A program made the position numbers and the translations under genes. The notes beneath the pieces were generated by a model. It made no database searches, was not told where the DNA came from, and worked only from the letters and a program-made list of their open reading frames with translations. Below, piece after piece: positions 28,479 through 38,563 of a stretch of 38,920 nt of DNA (its first letter is position 1; every line of letters starts with the position of its first letter). Origin of the DNA: Deltaproteobacteria bacterium (GTDB taxonomy: Bacteria; Bdellovibrionota; JACOXK01; 2-02-FULL-40-11); the NCBI GenBank assembly GCA_023248265.1, contig JAHFEZ010000005.1, positions 1 through 38,920 of the forward strand, read 5' to 3'.

Positions 28479-29585
28479 TTATAATGGCTGTATTTTTCCA
28501 TTTTCAACTTTAAAAAGCGCTTTTTCTTGTTCGTCATTTGCTTTCAAGCTTTTAACATCCGTTGTTGTAACAAAAACTTGTGTTCCTTTTTGCTTAAGAG
28601 ATTCAAATAAATATCCTTTTCTTTTTTCATCTAATTCAGAGGTGATGTCATCTAATAAAAAGAGGGGCTTGGTTCCTTTTTTCTGTTCCATGGCTACAAG
28701 CTCCGAAAGCTTTAAAGCTAAAATAGCTGTTCTTTGTTCTCCTTGAGATCCAAAAACTTTGATGTTTTTTTCCGAAATAAAGACTGAAAATTGATCTCGG
28801 TGTGGCCCCACTAAGCTTCTTTTAAGCTTTCTTTCTAAACCTAAAACCTCTTTTTGCTTATCTTTTAATAGCTCTAAAATATTTTCTTCATTTAAGTTAT
28901 TAATATTACTACATTTTATCTCTGAATCATAGTGAATAGACACCTCTTCCTTAGATCCAGAAATTTCTCTATATAAGTAAGGTGTCAGAGTATTTAATTC
29001 CGCTATAAATTGCAAGCGTTTTAAAAGAATTTTAGCTCCTAAAAAAAGCTGTTTTTCTCTCCAAATTTCAATCATTTCTTCATTTTCAATTCTTAGGGCC
29101 GCATTATGCTGTAAAAACGCTCTATAGTAATTTCCGATCTCAACTGCATACTGCGAGTTAAAGTTGAAAAGAGAGCGATCTAGGTATCTTCTACGAAGAA
29201 CTGGCGCCCCTTGAAGAACTTGAAGATCGAAAGGACAAAAACAAATAATGTGGACCAGTCCAAAATATTCTGATGTTTTTTTAATCACTTTGTCGTTAAT
29301 TCTGGGCCTTTTTCCTAACGGCTCAATATGCAGGCTATAGTGTTGTTGGACATCCCCCTCTTCAAAAATTCCTCTCAAGGTGGCTTCCTTTTTTTCCCAT
29401 TGTATGAGGTCTTTATTTTCTGCTGGACGAAAGGTTTGAAGGGTCGCTAAGAGATAAATGGCTTCTAAAGCATTGGTTTTGCCTTGAGCATTGTTTCCTA
29501 TAAAGACATTGGTATCTGAAGAAAAACAAATACTTTCTTCTTCGTAATTTCTAAAGTTTAAAAGCGAAAGATGCGACAAGCGCAT
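28479..29585 (-). CDS. recF: DNA replication and repair protein RecF
   Basis: NFRNY, GNNAQGKTN, RRRYLD, GPHRD, GSQGEQR, LLDDITSELD. Confidence 0.97.
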   Translation of the reverse strand: MRLSHLSLLNFRNYEEESICFSSDTNVFIGNNAQGKTNALEAIYLLATLQTFRPAENKDLIQWEKKEATLRGIFEEGDVQQHYSLHIEPLGKRPRINDKVIKKTSEYFGLVHIICFCPFDLQVLQGAPVLRRRYLDRSLFNFNSQYAVEIGNYYRAFLQHNAALRIENEEMIEIWREKQLFLGAKILLKRLQFIAELNTLTPYLYREISGSKEEVSIHYDSEIKCSNINNLNEENILELLKDKQKEVLGLERKLKRSLVGPHRDQFSVFISEKNIKVFGSQGEQRTAILALKLSELVAMEQKKGTKPLFLLDDITSELDEKRKGYLFESLKQKGTQVFVTTTDVKSLKANDEQEKALFKVENGKIQPL

Positions 29586-29591
29586 GAAAAA

Positions 29592-30707
29592 CTAAATTCT
29601 CATGGGCATAACTACACAGACGTAGTTATCGTCCCCTACAGATTTCATGACGCCAGGACTTAATTTGTCATTAAGCTCAATGGTGACTTGATCCCCATCC
29701 ATAGCATTGAGGATATCGATAAAATATTTTGCGTTAAATCCTACTTCAATGGCAGGTCCACTATAAGAAATTTCTATTTCTTCCTTAGCTTCTCCAACTT
29801 CTGGATTACTTGTCGATATTTCTAGGATCCCTTCTTTGGCTGCAAACTTAATAGCTCGGGATCTTTCATTTGAAAGAAGAGAAATGCGTTTTAAAGCCCC
29901 TAAAAATTTTTCCCTGTGTATGGTTATTTTCTTTTTATTGGATGGCGGAATAACTTGCTCATAATCAGGATATTCTCCTTCAATGAGCCGAATAAAGAGT
30001 ACCATTTTTTCTTTTTTTATAATTACATTACTGGAATCAAAGCCTATTTGATATTTCCCTTCGCCTTCTTCTAGAATTTTCTTAAGTTCACTCAATCCTT
30101 TTCTGGGAATAATAACTCCTCGAGTAAAAGAGAGCTCTTTAGAAAAGTCTAGGTGTTTATTAATAACACTCAGTCTATGTCCATCCGTAGCAACCATTCG
30201 AACCATATCTCCTGCTTTTTGGGGTTTTTCAAAAAAAACTCCATTGAGATGGTACCGAGTTTCATCATTAGAAACTGAAAAGATGGTTTTTGAAATCATC
30301 TCTTGAAGATCTTGAGGATCTACTTCAAAAAATTTTTTATCTTTATAGTTTGGAATCGCAGGATAATCATCTGCGGAAAGTCCTACAATATTAAACAAAG
30401 CCTTTCCCGAAATAATTTCTACCCAAAAGTTTTCTTTTTTTCTAAAAGAAATTTTTCCCTCAGGTGCTTCTCGAATAATATCATAGAGATTTCTAGCAGG
30501 AAGGGTGAGGCTCCCTTCTTTTAAAACAATAGCAGGATAGCTTCCGCGAATTCCAACTTCTAAATCTGTCGCTGTTAGAACCACCTGTCCTTTCTTTGCT
30601 TCAATTAGAACATTCGCTAAGATGGGCATCGCTGTTCTTCTCTCCACAATGCCTTGAACCCTGTGTAACCCTAAGAGCAATTCTTTTTTATCTATTGTAA
30701 ATTCCAT
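29592..30707 (-). CDS. dnaN: DNA polymerase III beta sliding clamp
   Basis: MPILANVL, ATDLEV, VATDGHRL, RLIEGEYPDY, GFNAKY, VVMPMRI. Confidence 0.98.
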   Translation of the reverse strand: MEFTIDKKELLLGLHRVQGIVERRTAMPILANVLIEAKKGQVVLTATDLEVGIRGSYPAIVLKEGSLTLPARNLYDIIREAPEGKISFRKKENFWVEIISGKALFNIVGLSADDYPAIPNYKDKKFFEVDPQDLQEMISKTIFSVSNDETRYHLNGVFFEKPQKAGDMVRMVATDGHRLSVINKHLDFSKELSFTRGVIIPRKGLSELKKILEEGEGKYQIGFDSSNVIIKKEKMVLFIRLIEGEYPDYEQVIPPSNKKKITIHREKFLGALKRISLLSNERSRAIKFAAKEGILEISTSNPEVGEAKEEIEISYSGPAIEVGFNAKYFIDILNAMDGDQVTIELNDKLSPGVMKSVGDDNYVCVVMPMRI

Positions 30708-30763
30708 ATGCGTTCTCCTGATAGGTTAAAAAGACTTATCCCCAAAAGATTCCCCTGCTACTG

Positions 30764-30826
30764 TTTTCTTATTATAATAAGATATAATTATAGTAGTAGT
30801 AGTAGTACCTGTGGATTTGTTCATAA
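30764..30826. other. DNA unwinding element: AT-rich tract, DnaA-trios and tandem DnaA boxes
   Basis: (TAG)x5 at 30791-30805, flanked by an almost pure A/T tract on one side and by CC plus boxes TGTGGATTT and TGTTCATAA (30810-30826) on the other. Confidence 0.85.
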
Positions 30827-31082
30827 CACACCCAAACATTTGTAATCAATGCATTTTCTCATGTGGATAAACTGTGGATATAGAAGTGGACAAAGCCCCC
30901 CTCCCTGTGGAGTTCTCAAATAACCCCCAGGTATGCACAGAAAAGTCCACAAGCTATCCACAGATTTTATGATGGGGGAAAAGAAATCTACGGCTGTTGA
31001 TGAATTTATGCGCATAAAGAGATCCCTTGGCCATCAAAAGAGAACTTTTCCACAGAAAAGGACGCACAGATGGCCTTTTTAA

Positions 31083-31095
31083 AATCAATGATTTG
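31083..31095 (+). promoter_or_regulatory. IHF binding site within oriC
   Basis: AATCAATGATTTG is a perfect WATCAANNNNTTR; a one-mismatch copy AATCAATGCATTT lies at 30844-30856. Confidence 0.6.
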
Positions 31096-31256
31096 AGAAT
31101 AGCTCTTTGTGGAAATGTGGAAAAGATATATAACACATTGAAAACACATAGATTTTACATGTGAATAAGCTGTTATTAAAAAGGGGGGCTCTAAAATAAT
31201 AAAAAAATTATACACAAGAAATCCACAGGCTATACACAAGGTTACACACAGAGTTA

Positions 31257-32633
31257 TTAATAGTTTTGGCTCTCAACAATTCTTTCTATAGAATCTAGGT
31301 CTTTCTTAAAAACAGGATCTTCTGTTGCCATCTGTGAAATTTTTCTAACAGCATGCATGACCGTTGAATGATCTTTTCCACCAAAAAACTTTCCAATCTC
31401 TGGAAAAGATTTTTGGGTATATTTTCGGCAAAGGTACATAGCTACTTGCCTTGGATGTGACAAAATCTTAATTTTCTTTTTGGATTTAAGGTCTATAATC
31501 TTAACATTGTAGAAGGTAGACACGTTTTTTTGGATGTCATCTAAAGAAATAGAAACTGATTTTTGTTGGATCACATTTTTAAGGACATCTTTGGCAAGGT
31601 CTACGGTTACTTCCATTCCTGTAAGCGAAGCAAAGGCGCCAATACGAATGAGAGAACCTTCCAGCTCTCGCACATTAGATTTAATATGCGTGGCCAGATA
31701 GATGGCCACATCATCTGGAAGATAAATATCATCCCCTTCGGCCTTGTTTTTAAGAATGGCAATGCGTGTTTCCATCTCCGGGGGCTGAATATCGGCGATC
31801 AATCCCCATTCAAATCTAGTTCTGAGGCGCTCTTCTAAGCCCTTAATATCTTTTGGAAATTTGTCGCTTGTAACAACAATTTGCTTTCGAGAGCTATGAA
31901 GCGTATTGAATGTGTGGAAAAACTCTTCTTGGGTACGATCTTTTCCAGCAATAAATTGGATGTCATCCATTAAAAGAACGTCGCATTGGTCCCGATATTT
32001 TTTTCGAAACTGATCCATTTTTTCATACCGCATGCAATTGATGAGCTCATTCATAAAACGTTCAGAAGCAATATAACAAACGCGGTAGCCTGGATGTTTT
32101 TGTTGAATATGGTTTCCAATGGCATTTAAAAGGTGTGTTTTTCCAAGTCCTACGCCCCCAAAGACAAAAAGGGGATTGTAGCTCCCCCCAGGCTGCTCAG
32201 ATGCTGCATAAGCAGCGGCGTGGCAAAACTGGTTACTTGTGCCAACTACGAAGTTTTCAAAGGTATATTTTGGGTTAAGTACGTCGGGCCCCTGAAATTT
32301 AGGCTGCGAGACCTGAACAGAAATAGAGGCAGGCGTTGTAGAAGCGTGTGGCAAGGCGGCTTCTTGTTGAATAATTTTTTCAAGAGGCTCAGGCACGGCC
32401 CCAGATTTAAAAATAAGCTCATAGGGACGATTGGTCAGTTGTTTTAAGAGATCTTTGATATAAGAAAGATAATTGTCATGAAACCAGGTCTCATAAAAAT
32501 TATTGGGAGTTCCTAATTCTATCACGGTATCTGTGATAGAAAGAACCTTGGTGGGCTCAATCCAAACCCGATAACTATGAGATGGGACTTTTTCTTTGAG
32601 TTTTTCTAAAATCTGGTCCCAGAGATGATTCAT
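31257..32633 (-). CDS. dnaA: Chromosomal replication initiator
   Basis: LNPKYTFENFVVG, YNPLFVFGGVGLGKTHL, DDIQFI, QEEFFHTFN, NVRELEG, GGKDHSTVMHA. Confidence 0.99.
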   Translation of the reverse strand: MNHLWDQILEKLKEKVPSHSYRVWIEPTKVLSITDTVIELGTPNNFYETWFHDNYLSYIKDLLKQLTNRPYELIFKSGAVPEPLEKIIQQEAALPHASTTPASISVQVSQPKFQGPDVLNPKYTFENFVVGTSNQFCHAAAYAASEQPGGSYNPLFVFGGVGLGKTHLLNAIGNHIQQKHPGYRVCYIASERFMNELINCMRYEKMDQFRKKYRDQCDVLLMDDIQFIAGKDRTQEEFFHTFNTLHSSRKQIVVTSDKFPKDIKGLEERLRTRFEWGLIADIQPPEMETRIAILKNKAEGDDIYLPDDVAIYLATHIKSNVRELEGSLIRIGAFASLTGMEVTVDLAKDVLKNVIQQKSVSISLDDIQKNVSTFYNVKIIDLKSKKKIKILSHPRQVAMYLCRKYTQKSFPEIGKFFGGKDHSTVMHAVRKISQMATEDPVFKKDLDSIERIVESQNY

Positions 32634-32684
32634 GCTGTCATTCCGTTTTTATTGTTACAATACCTAAAAAAGTTTGAACGGCAC

Positions 32685-32713
32685 AAACTACCAAAAAGAA
32701 AAATGCATTTCAA
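32685..32713 (-). promoter_or_regulatory. Putative sigma70 promoter of dnaA
   Basis: Minus strand TTGAAA-N17-TAGTTT, with a TGn extension. Confidence 0.5.
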
Positions 32714-32790
32714 GCAAAAGATATTTTATTTTAATTTTCGTCTAAGAAATTAGAAGAATGTCATCGATGTCCTTAGCTACCGAGAAGCCG

Positions 32791-32821
32791 TTGACAATGG
32801 TTTAAAAATATGGTCTAGCCT
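32791..32821 (+). promoter_or_regulatory. Putative rpmH promoter
   Basis: Perfect TTGACA at 32791-32796; the best -10 (TAGCCT, 32816-32821) has a long 19-nt spacer. Confidence 0.35.
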
Positions 32822-32831
32822 TTAAAGACAT

Positions 32832-32981
32832 ATGAAGCGAACGTATCAACCCAGCAATAGCCGAAGGCTTAAGAGACATGGATTTTTAAAACGTCAAGCT
32901 ACTCCCGGCGGAAAAAACGTCTTAAGAAGACGACGTGCAAAAGGACGCCATGTCTTGACCGTACAAATTGCAACAAAATAA
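32832..32981 (+). CDS. rpmH: 50S ribosomal protein L34 (49 aa; not in the ORF track)
   Basis: [49 protein letters not shown]. Confidence 0.98.
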   Translation: MKRTYQPSNSRRLKRHGFLKRQATPGGKNVLRRRRAKGRHVLTVQIATK

Positions 32982-32992
32982 TCCTCCCCCAC

Positions 32993-33391
32993 ATGATAAA
33001 GCAGACCTTTTCAAAAGCCCAAAGGATTTTAAAGCGGGCGGAATATCAAACTATTTTGCAAAAAGGTACCCGGTCTTTAACAGAGCACTTCATTTTATTT
33101 TATTTACAAAATGACAAAGAAATAAATAGGCTGGGCCTGGTTGTAAGTAGAAAGGCAGGAAAGGCTGTTCAAAGAAATAGAATTAAAAGGACGGTTCGAG
33201 AATATTTTAGGCTTCAAAATACAATAGATTCACATCCGAGGCCTTTTCACGACCTGGTGTTTATCAGTAAAAAAAATATCCAAAGCTTGACCTATCAAGC
33301 GGTTTGTCTGGAAATGAAAAAGTTTTATGAAAAAGAGTTTTATCGGGATCATTACACTGTACCAAAGGACGCTATCGCTGCTTCTACCTAG
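32993..33391 (+). CDS. rnpA: Ribonuclease P protein component
   Basis: RLGLVVSRKAGKAVQRNRIKR (RNR motif); follows rpmH. Confidence 0.95.
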   Translation: MIKQTFSKAQRILKRAEYQTILQKGTRSLTEHFILFYLQNDKEINRLGLVVSRKAGKAVQRNRIKRTVREYFRLQNTIDSHPRPFHDLVFISKKNIQSLTYQAVCLEMKKFYEKEFYRDHYTVPKDAIAAST

Positions 33392-33536
33392 AAGCTGTCG
33401 CTTTGTTCCTTCGTGCTCGCAGTATTCTAAAGAAGCCATAGAAAAAAAGGGACTTATGGGGGGTCTTTTTTTAACACTCAAGAGACTTTTAAAATGTCAC
33501 CCCCTGTCAGAAGGAGGATGGGACCCTGTCCTATAG
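33327..33536 (+). CDS. yidD: Membrane protein insertion efficiency factor
   Basis: CRFVPSCSQYSKEAI, RLLKCHP, GGWDPV. Confidence 0.95.
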   Translation: MKKSFIGIITLYQRTLSLLLPRSCRFVPSCSQYSKEAIEKKGLMGGLFLTLKRLLKCHPLSEGGWDPVL

Positions 33537-33542
33537 ATTTAC

Positions 33543-35192
33543 ATGGATCCGATGAATGGGATGGAGAAAAGAGCGCTTTTAGCAGTTGTTATTTCTCTGG
33601 CTATTTTGATTGTTTGGCAGATGGTTTTTTTAAAAAAGGGGGCTCCGCCTCCTCAAAAAACAGAAGCCGCATCGCAGCCAGAAACGTCCGCCCCTTCTCA
33701 TTCTTCTCAGGCACCCCAGTCCGAAGCAAAAAAACCTTCTTTGCTTCCTTCTATTCAAACAGAAACAAAGACAAAGGTTGACGAGGAAGAAGTTGTTATT
33801 GAAACAGATCTGTACCGAGCCATTTTTTCAACACACGGGGCAGCGCTTAAAAGCTGGAAGCTTAAAAATTATACAACTCAAGTAGGAAAAGAAGGAGAAT
33901 GGATTGAGCTTGTTACGCAAAAAAATCCTTCTTTATATCCCTTTTCTCTTTATTTTTCAGATAAGAACTTTGAAGAACTCAAAGACTTGGAATATGAAAT
34001 CCAAGAACAAACCCCCACCCATATTTCTTTTCGATATCGGTCTGCCAGCTCTGGAGGAGTGACCATCGAGAGGCGCTATCAGCTGGATCCCCAAAAATAT
34101 CATTTTGAACACGAAACAAAAATTTGGCTCAGAAAAAATAATTTTAAGGGAGATGTCTTGGTTGGAACCTCCGAAGGATTTTTAGAAGCACACAAAGAAA
34201 ATATTTTAACTTCTCCCTACGCAGACGTCAGAAGTTTTATTTTTCACGCTCAAAATAAAACTTCTCGAAAAAAAATCTCTGCCCTTAAAGAAGAAAGCGA
34301 AATTCGTTCTGTCACCCATTGGGCAGGCGTAGAAAACCGGTACTTTTTAACAGCGCTGGTTAATCGCTCGGAGTCCATTAAGCCCTATTTGATTATGTCT
34401 GGGGCGCAGCCAGGGGCCGAAATGATAGCACTTCAATATCCTTTTTATAAAGAAAGCCAAAAAGATTTTTTTGAGTTTAAAATTGAAGGATATCTAGGGC
34501 CCAAAAAAGTAGAATTTTTAAAAGAAGCAGGAAATAATTTAGAAGAAGCCATTGATTTTGGAATTTTTTCTATTCTGTGCATTCCCCTTTTAAAAGTTAT
34601 GAACTTTTTTTATCTTTTTGTTCGAAACTATGGAGTGGCCATTCTTCTTTTAACGCTTCTGATTCGAGTCCTTTTTCATCCATTGATCAAAAAAAGCTAT
34701 GTGTCTATGAGAGAGATGCAGCGTATTCAGCCTCAAATAGCAAAGGTTAAAGAAAAATTTAAAGATAATCCTCAACAAATGAATAAAGAAGTGATGGATT
34801 TAATGAAGGCCAATAAAGTTAACCCCTTAGGAGGATGCTTGCCCCTTTTGATTCAAATGCCCATCTTTTTTGCTCTCTATCGGGTGTTATATAATGCCAT
34901 TGAACTTTATCACGCGCCTTTTTTTGGCTGGATTCGGGATTTATCGAGCAAAGACCCCTATTATGTCATGCCAATTTTAATGATGGTGGCTATGTTTTTT
35001 CAGCAAAAGATGACTCCCTCAACGGCCACAGATCCTGCTCAACAAAAAATGATGCAGTTTATGCCTGTTCTTTTCGGTTTTTTTATGATTGCGCTGCCAT
35101 CGGGCTTGGTGATTTATATTTTATTTAGTACCGTTCTTCAAATTACCTCCCAATATTTAGTGAATCGCGATTTAATTAAAAAGGGTCTCTAA
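33543..35192 (+). CDS. yidC: Membrane protein insertase
   Basis: N-terminal TM, periplasmic domain, NYGVAILLLT, NPLGGCLPLLIQMPIFFALY, WIRDLSSKDPYY, LPSGLVIY. Confidence 0.97.
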   Translation: MDPMNGMEKRALLAVVISLAILIVWQMVFLKKGAPPPQKTEAASQPETSAPSHSSQAPQSEAKKPSLLPSIQTETKTKVDEEEVVIETDLYRAIFSTHGAALKSWKLKNYTTQVGKEGEWIELVTQKNPSLYPFSLYFSDKNFEELKDLEYEIQEQTPTHISFRYRSASSGGVTIERRYQLDPQKYHFEHETKIWLRKNNFKGDVLVGTSEGFLEAHKENILTSPYADVRSFIFHAQNKTSRKKISALKEESEIRSVTHWAGVENRYFLTALVNRSESIKPYLIMSGAQPGAEMIALQYPFYKESQKDFFEFKIEGYLGPKKVEFLKEAGNNLEEAIDFGIFSILCIPLLKVMNFFYLFVRNYGVAILLLTLLIRVLFHPLIKKSYVSMREMQRIQPQIAKVKEKFKDNPQQMNKEVMDLMKANKVNPLGGCLPLLIQMPIFFALYRVLYNAIELYHAPFFGWIRDLSSKDPYYVMPILMMVAMFFQQKMTPSTATDPAQQKMMQFMPVLFGFFMIALPSGLVIYILFSTVLQITSQYLVNRDLIKKGL

Positions 35193-35199
35193 TTCATCC

Positions 35200-36561
35200 A
35201 TGCTTCCACTTACGTTAGATACAATTGCAGCTATTTCTACGCCTCAAGGACACGGGGCCATTGGGATTGTTCGAATCAGCGGGGAAAAGGCCCTTGAGAT
35301 TTTAGAATCTATTTTCATTCGAAAACAAAAAGAAGAACCCTGGGTGCCTCATCAATTGACGAGAGGCGTTATTCAAGATGGAAAAGAAATTTTGGATGAT
35401 GTTTTGGTCGCTTTTATGCCAGAAAAAAAGTCTTATACGGGAGAAAGGTTGGTTGAAATTCAGGGCCACGGTTCTTCTTTTATTTTGTCTGAAATTTTAA
35501 CTTTGGTTATTCAAAAGGGGGCGCGGCTGGCTGAGCCTGGTGAATTTACATTCCGCGCTTTTTTAAATGGGAAAATGGACCTTGCACAAGCAGAGGCGGT
35601 TTTAGACTTAATTACAGCCAAAAGTCGAAAAGCACTCCATGCATGCCACCAACATCTTCAAGGAAGATTTTCTAAGGAAATTTTAGAGTTGAGAGGGGGC
35701 CTGTTGGAACTTTTGGTTCACACCGAGGCCTCAATTGATTTTTCGACAGAAGACATTGAAGTTTTTTCTTCCCGCTCTATGTTAGAAAAACTAAGACCTC
35801 TCCAAGAAAAAATAAAAATTCTTTTAAAAACATATGAACAAGGAAGGATGTATTTAGAGGGAGTCAAAGTGGCCATTGTGGGGCGTCCGAACGTTGGAAA
35901 GTCTTCTCTTTTGAACGCGCTTTTAAATTACGAGCGTGCGATTGTAACCGAAGAAGCTGGGACCACACGAGACACGATTGAAGAAGAGCTTTTCTATCGG
36001 GGACTTCAGATGCGGTTGATGGATACGGCAGGAATTCGAAAAACAGAACACGCGGTTGAAAAAATAGGAATTAAAAACTCGCTTGAAAAAATAAAATCTG
36101 CGGATTTGGTTTTAATCCTATTAGATGCAAGCCAGGAGTTATGTGCTCAAGATTTTGAAATTTTAGATTTAGTGGGAGATAAGAAAAAAATAGGAGTTTT
36201 TAATAAGATCGATCTTGTTTCAGGGGCAGATTTAAAAAAATTTCCCGTTCCTTATGTTTGTATTTCGGCACTTTATCGACAAGGAATTGAATCGTTGTTA
36301 GAAGCGCTTTACCGAGAAATTATCCAAGAAGAGATGAATTCAGAGAATATCTTATTGACAAAGATCCGACACAAGGATTCTTTAGAAAAGGCACTAAAAC
36401 ATCTTAATCTTTTTGAAGAGGGCCTGGCAGAGGAAAAATCTTTGGAGTTTTTAGCGCTGGATCTAAGATCGGCCATAGAAGAGCTAGAGATGATGATTGG
36501 TAAGATAACGCTTGAGGATGTGTATGATCAAGTTTTTTCTTCTTTTTGTATTGGAAAATGA
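35200..36561 (+). CDS. mnmE: tRNA modification GTPase
   Basis: [46 protein letters not shown]-terminal FCIGK. Confidence 0.98.
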   Translation: MLPLTLDTIAAISTPQGHGAIGIVRISGEKALEILESIFIRKQKEEPWVPHQLTRGVIQDGKEILDDVLVAFMPEKKSYTGERLVEIQGHGSSFILSEILTLVIQKGARLAEPGEFTFRAFLNGKMDLAQAEAVLDLITAKSRKALHACHQHLQGRFSKEILELRGGLLELLVHTEASIDFSTEDIEVFSSRSMLEKLRPLQEKIKILLKTYEQGRMYLEGVKVAIVGRPNVGKSSLLNALLNYERAIVTEEAGTTRDTIEEELFYRGLQMRLMDTAGIRKTEHAVEKIGIKNSLEKIKSADLVLILLDASQELCAQDFEILDLVGDKKKIGVFNKIDLVSGADLKKFPVPYVCISALYRQGIESLLEALYREIIQEEMNSENILLTKIRHKDSLEKALKHLNLFEEGLAEEKSLEFLALDLRSAIEELEMMIGKITLEDVYDQVFSSFCIGK

Positions 36562-38459
36562 ATAAACCGCATCAAATTATTGTTATTGGGGCGGGTCACG
36601 CGGGCATTGAGGCCTCGCTGGCCGCAGCTCGCATGGGAATTCGAACGCTTCTTTTAACCATGAATTTAGATCGCGTGGGTTGGATGTCTTGTAATCCTGC
36701 CATTGGAGGGATTGCCAAGGGGCACTTGGTTCGAGAAATAGATGCGCTGGGTGGAGAAATGGGGAAAAATACAGATGCCACCGCAATTCAATTCCGACGG
36801 CTCAATACTCGAAAAGGTCCGGCGGTTCAGGCCACTCGGGCACAGTGCGATAAGGTTTTGTATGCGAAAAGGATTAAAAAGATAATAGAGGCGCAGCCCA
36901 ACCTGGATTTAAAACAAGGCTCTATTGAACAAATCCATATTGAAAATGGAAAAGTAAGGGGAGCCACTACGCTCATTGGAGAATATTTTGAAGCCCAAAG
37001 CATTATTGTAACCACTGGGACTTTCTTAGATGGAAAAATTCATATTGGAGATATCAATTATCCTGCCGGAAGAGCTGGAGACCAACCCTCTATAGGGCTG
37101 GCTAAGTGTTTTAAGGATCTAAAATTTAAAATAGGGAGGCTTAAAACAGGAACCCCCCCCAGACTAAATGCTAAAACAATAGATTTTAGTAAGCTTGTCC
37201 CACAACATGGAGACGAGTATCCAAGTTTTTTTTCGTTTTCTACAGAAAAAATAACCCTTCCACAGCTTCCGTGTCATATAACGTATACGAATGAAAGAAC
37301 GCATGAAATTATTAAAAAAAACATACACTTATCTGCAATGTACGGTGGACATATTGAAGGCATAGGGCCTAGATATTGCCCCTCTATTGAAGATAAAGTG
37401 GTTCGATTTTCAGATAAATTAAGACATCAAATATTTTTGGAGCCCGAGGGCTTGGATACTCATGAGATTTATTGTAATGGAGTATCCACGAGCCTTCCTG
37501 TGAGTACTCAACTTGACTTTATCAAAACTATAGAGGGCTTAGAAAATGCAGAAGTCATGCGCCATGGCTATGCCATTGAATATGATTTTATTTTTCCAAC
37601 AGAGCTTCATCAAACATTAGAAACAAAAAAAATTGAAGGACTTTTTTTAGCAGGACAAATTAATGGAACCACGGGCTATGAAGAAGCCGCAGCACAGGGT
37701 CTTATGGCGGGGATTAACTCTGCGTTAAAAATTCAAAATAAAAATCCTCTTATTTTAAAAAGGCATGAAGCATATATTGGGGTTTTAATTGACGACCTTG
37801 TTACTAAGGGAACCCAAGAGCCCTATCGGATGTTTACTTCGCGTGCGGAATACCGGCTTCTTTTAAGAGAAGACAATGCGGATTTGCGGCTTAGAGAATA
37901 TGGGCATCGCCTGGGGTTGGTGGATCAGCAAGAATACCAAAGATATGAGGACAAAAAAGAAAGAATTCAAAAACTTTTAGAGAGGCTTTCAGCTCTTAAA
38001 ATTTCTCCAACAAAAGTCGTCAACGACAAGTTGGCGCTGGCTGGATTTTCTAAAATAGAAAATCAAACTTCTTTAGAAAAACTTTTAAGAAGGCCAGGGG
38101 TGGACTTTAGCCATTTGGTAAATTTTGGATTTATTGAAAAAGAATTAAATGAAGAGGCCGTCTGTCAGGTAGAAATGGAAGTAAAATATAAAGGATATAT
38201 TGATCGACAACATGAACAAGTGAAACAACAAGAAAATCTAGAAGAGGTTAAAATTCCAGTCGGCATTGATTTTTCTACCATTCCCGGCCTATCCAGGGAG
38301 GTTATTGAAAAGTTGTCTCAACTTCGACCCGGATCTTTAGGCCGGGCTCTTCAAATCTCTGGCATTACCCCAGGCTGTATTCCTGCGCTTATGGTCGGGA
38401 TTAAGAAACACCTTTTAAATGTTTCACGTGAAACGAATTTAGTGAGCCCAAAAGAATAG
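36558..38459 (+). CDS. mnmG: tRNA uridine 5-carboxymethylaminomethyl modification enzyme
   Basis: [52 protein letters not shown]. Start placed at ATG 36558 (ATGA overlap with mnmE). Confidence 0.98.
   Translation: MNKPHQIIVIGAGHAGIEASLAAARMGIRTLLLTMNLDRVGWMSCNPAIGGIAKGHLVREIDALGGEMGKNTDATAIQFRRLNTRKGPAVQATRAQCDKVLYAKRIKKIIEAQPNLDLKQGSIEQIHIENGKVRGATTLIGEYFEAQSIIVTTGTFLDGKIHIGDINYPAGRAGDQPSIGLAKCFKDLKFKIGRLKTGTPPRLNAKTIDFSKLVPQHGDEYPSFFSFSTEKITLPQLPCHITYTNERTHEIIKKNIHLSAMYGGHIEGIGPRYCPSIEDKVVRFSDKLRHQIFLEPEGLDTHEIYCNGVSTSLPVSTQLDFIKTIEGLENAEVMRHGYAIEYDFIFPTELHQTLETKKIEGLFLAGQINGTTGYEEAAAQGLMAGINSALKIQNKNPLILKRHEAYIGVLIDDLVTKGTQEPYRMFTSRAEYRLLLREDNADLRLREYGHRLGLVDQQEYQRYEDKKERIQKLLERLSALKISPTKVVNDKLALAGFSKIENQTSLEKLLRRPGVDFSHLVNFGFIEKELNEEAVCQVEMEVKYKGYIDRQHEQVKQQENLEEVKIPVGIDFSTIPGLSREVIEKLSQLRPGSLGRALQISGITPGCIPALMVGIKKHLLNVSRETNLVSPKE
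38420..38435. other. parS site 1 (inside the mnmG 3' end)
   Basis: TGTTTCACGTGAAACG, 15/16 match to TGTTTCACGTGAAACA; reads VSRET in MnmG. Confidence 0.92.
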
Positions 38460-38469
38460 GCCTGTAAAA

Positions 38470-38485
38470 AGTTTCACGTGGAACA
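38470..38485. other. parS site 2
   Basis: AGTTTCACGTGGAACA, 50 bp from site 1 and upstream of parA. Confidence 0.9.
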
Positions 38486-38563
38486 TTTTTTTGTTTACAA
38501 AAATAAGCGACTTCGTTACAACTAAGAGTGTTGGCAGTTTTTTGACACATAATAAAATCCATC

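Larger units (their letters stand above)
30708..31256. other. Chromosomal replication origin (oriC)
   Basis: 549-bp dnaA-dnaN spacer. Boxes fully matching TTWTNCACA at 30862, 31046, 31116, 31160 and 31208, plus about ten near-matches (30736, 30810, 30818, 30873, 30931, 30943, 30954, 31108, 31219, 31230, 31242). By eye the plus strand changes from C-rich to G-rich across this neighbourhood. Confidence 0.93.

Noticed and set aside
30821-31239. Three small ORFs and repeated motifs in the dnaA-dnaN spacer as genes or a CRISPR array
   Set aside because: The repeats are 9-bp DnaA boxes without repeat-spacer structure; the ORFs are incidental to oriC.
33327-33391. 65-nt rnpA/yidD overlap as a frameshift
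   Set aside because: rnpA-yidD overlaps are common and both proteins are complete.
36546-36557. mnmG start at 36546
   Set aside because: ATG 36558 gives the usual ATGA coupling and a normal N-terminus.
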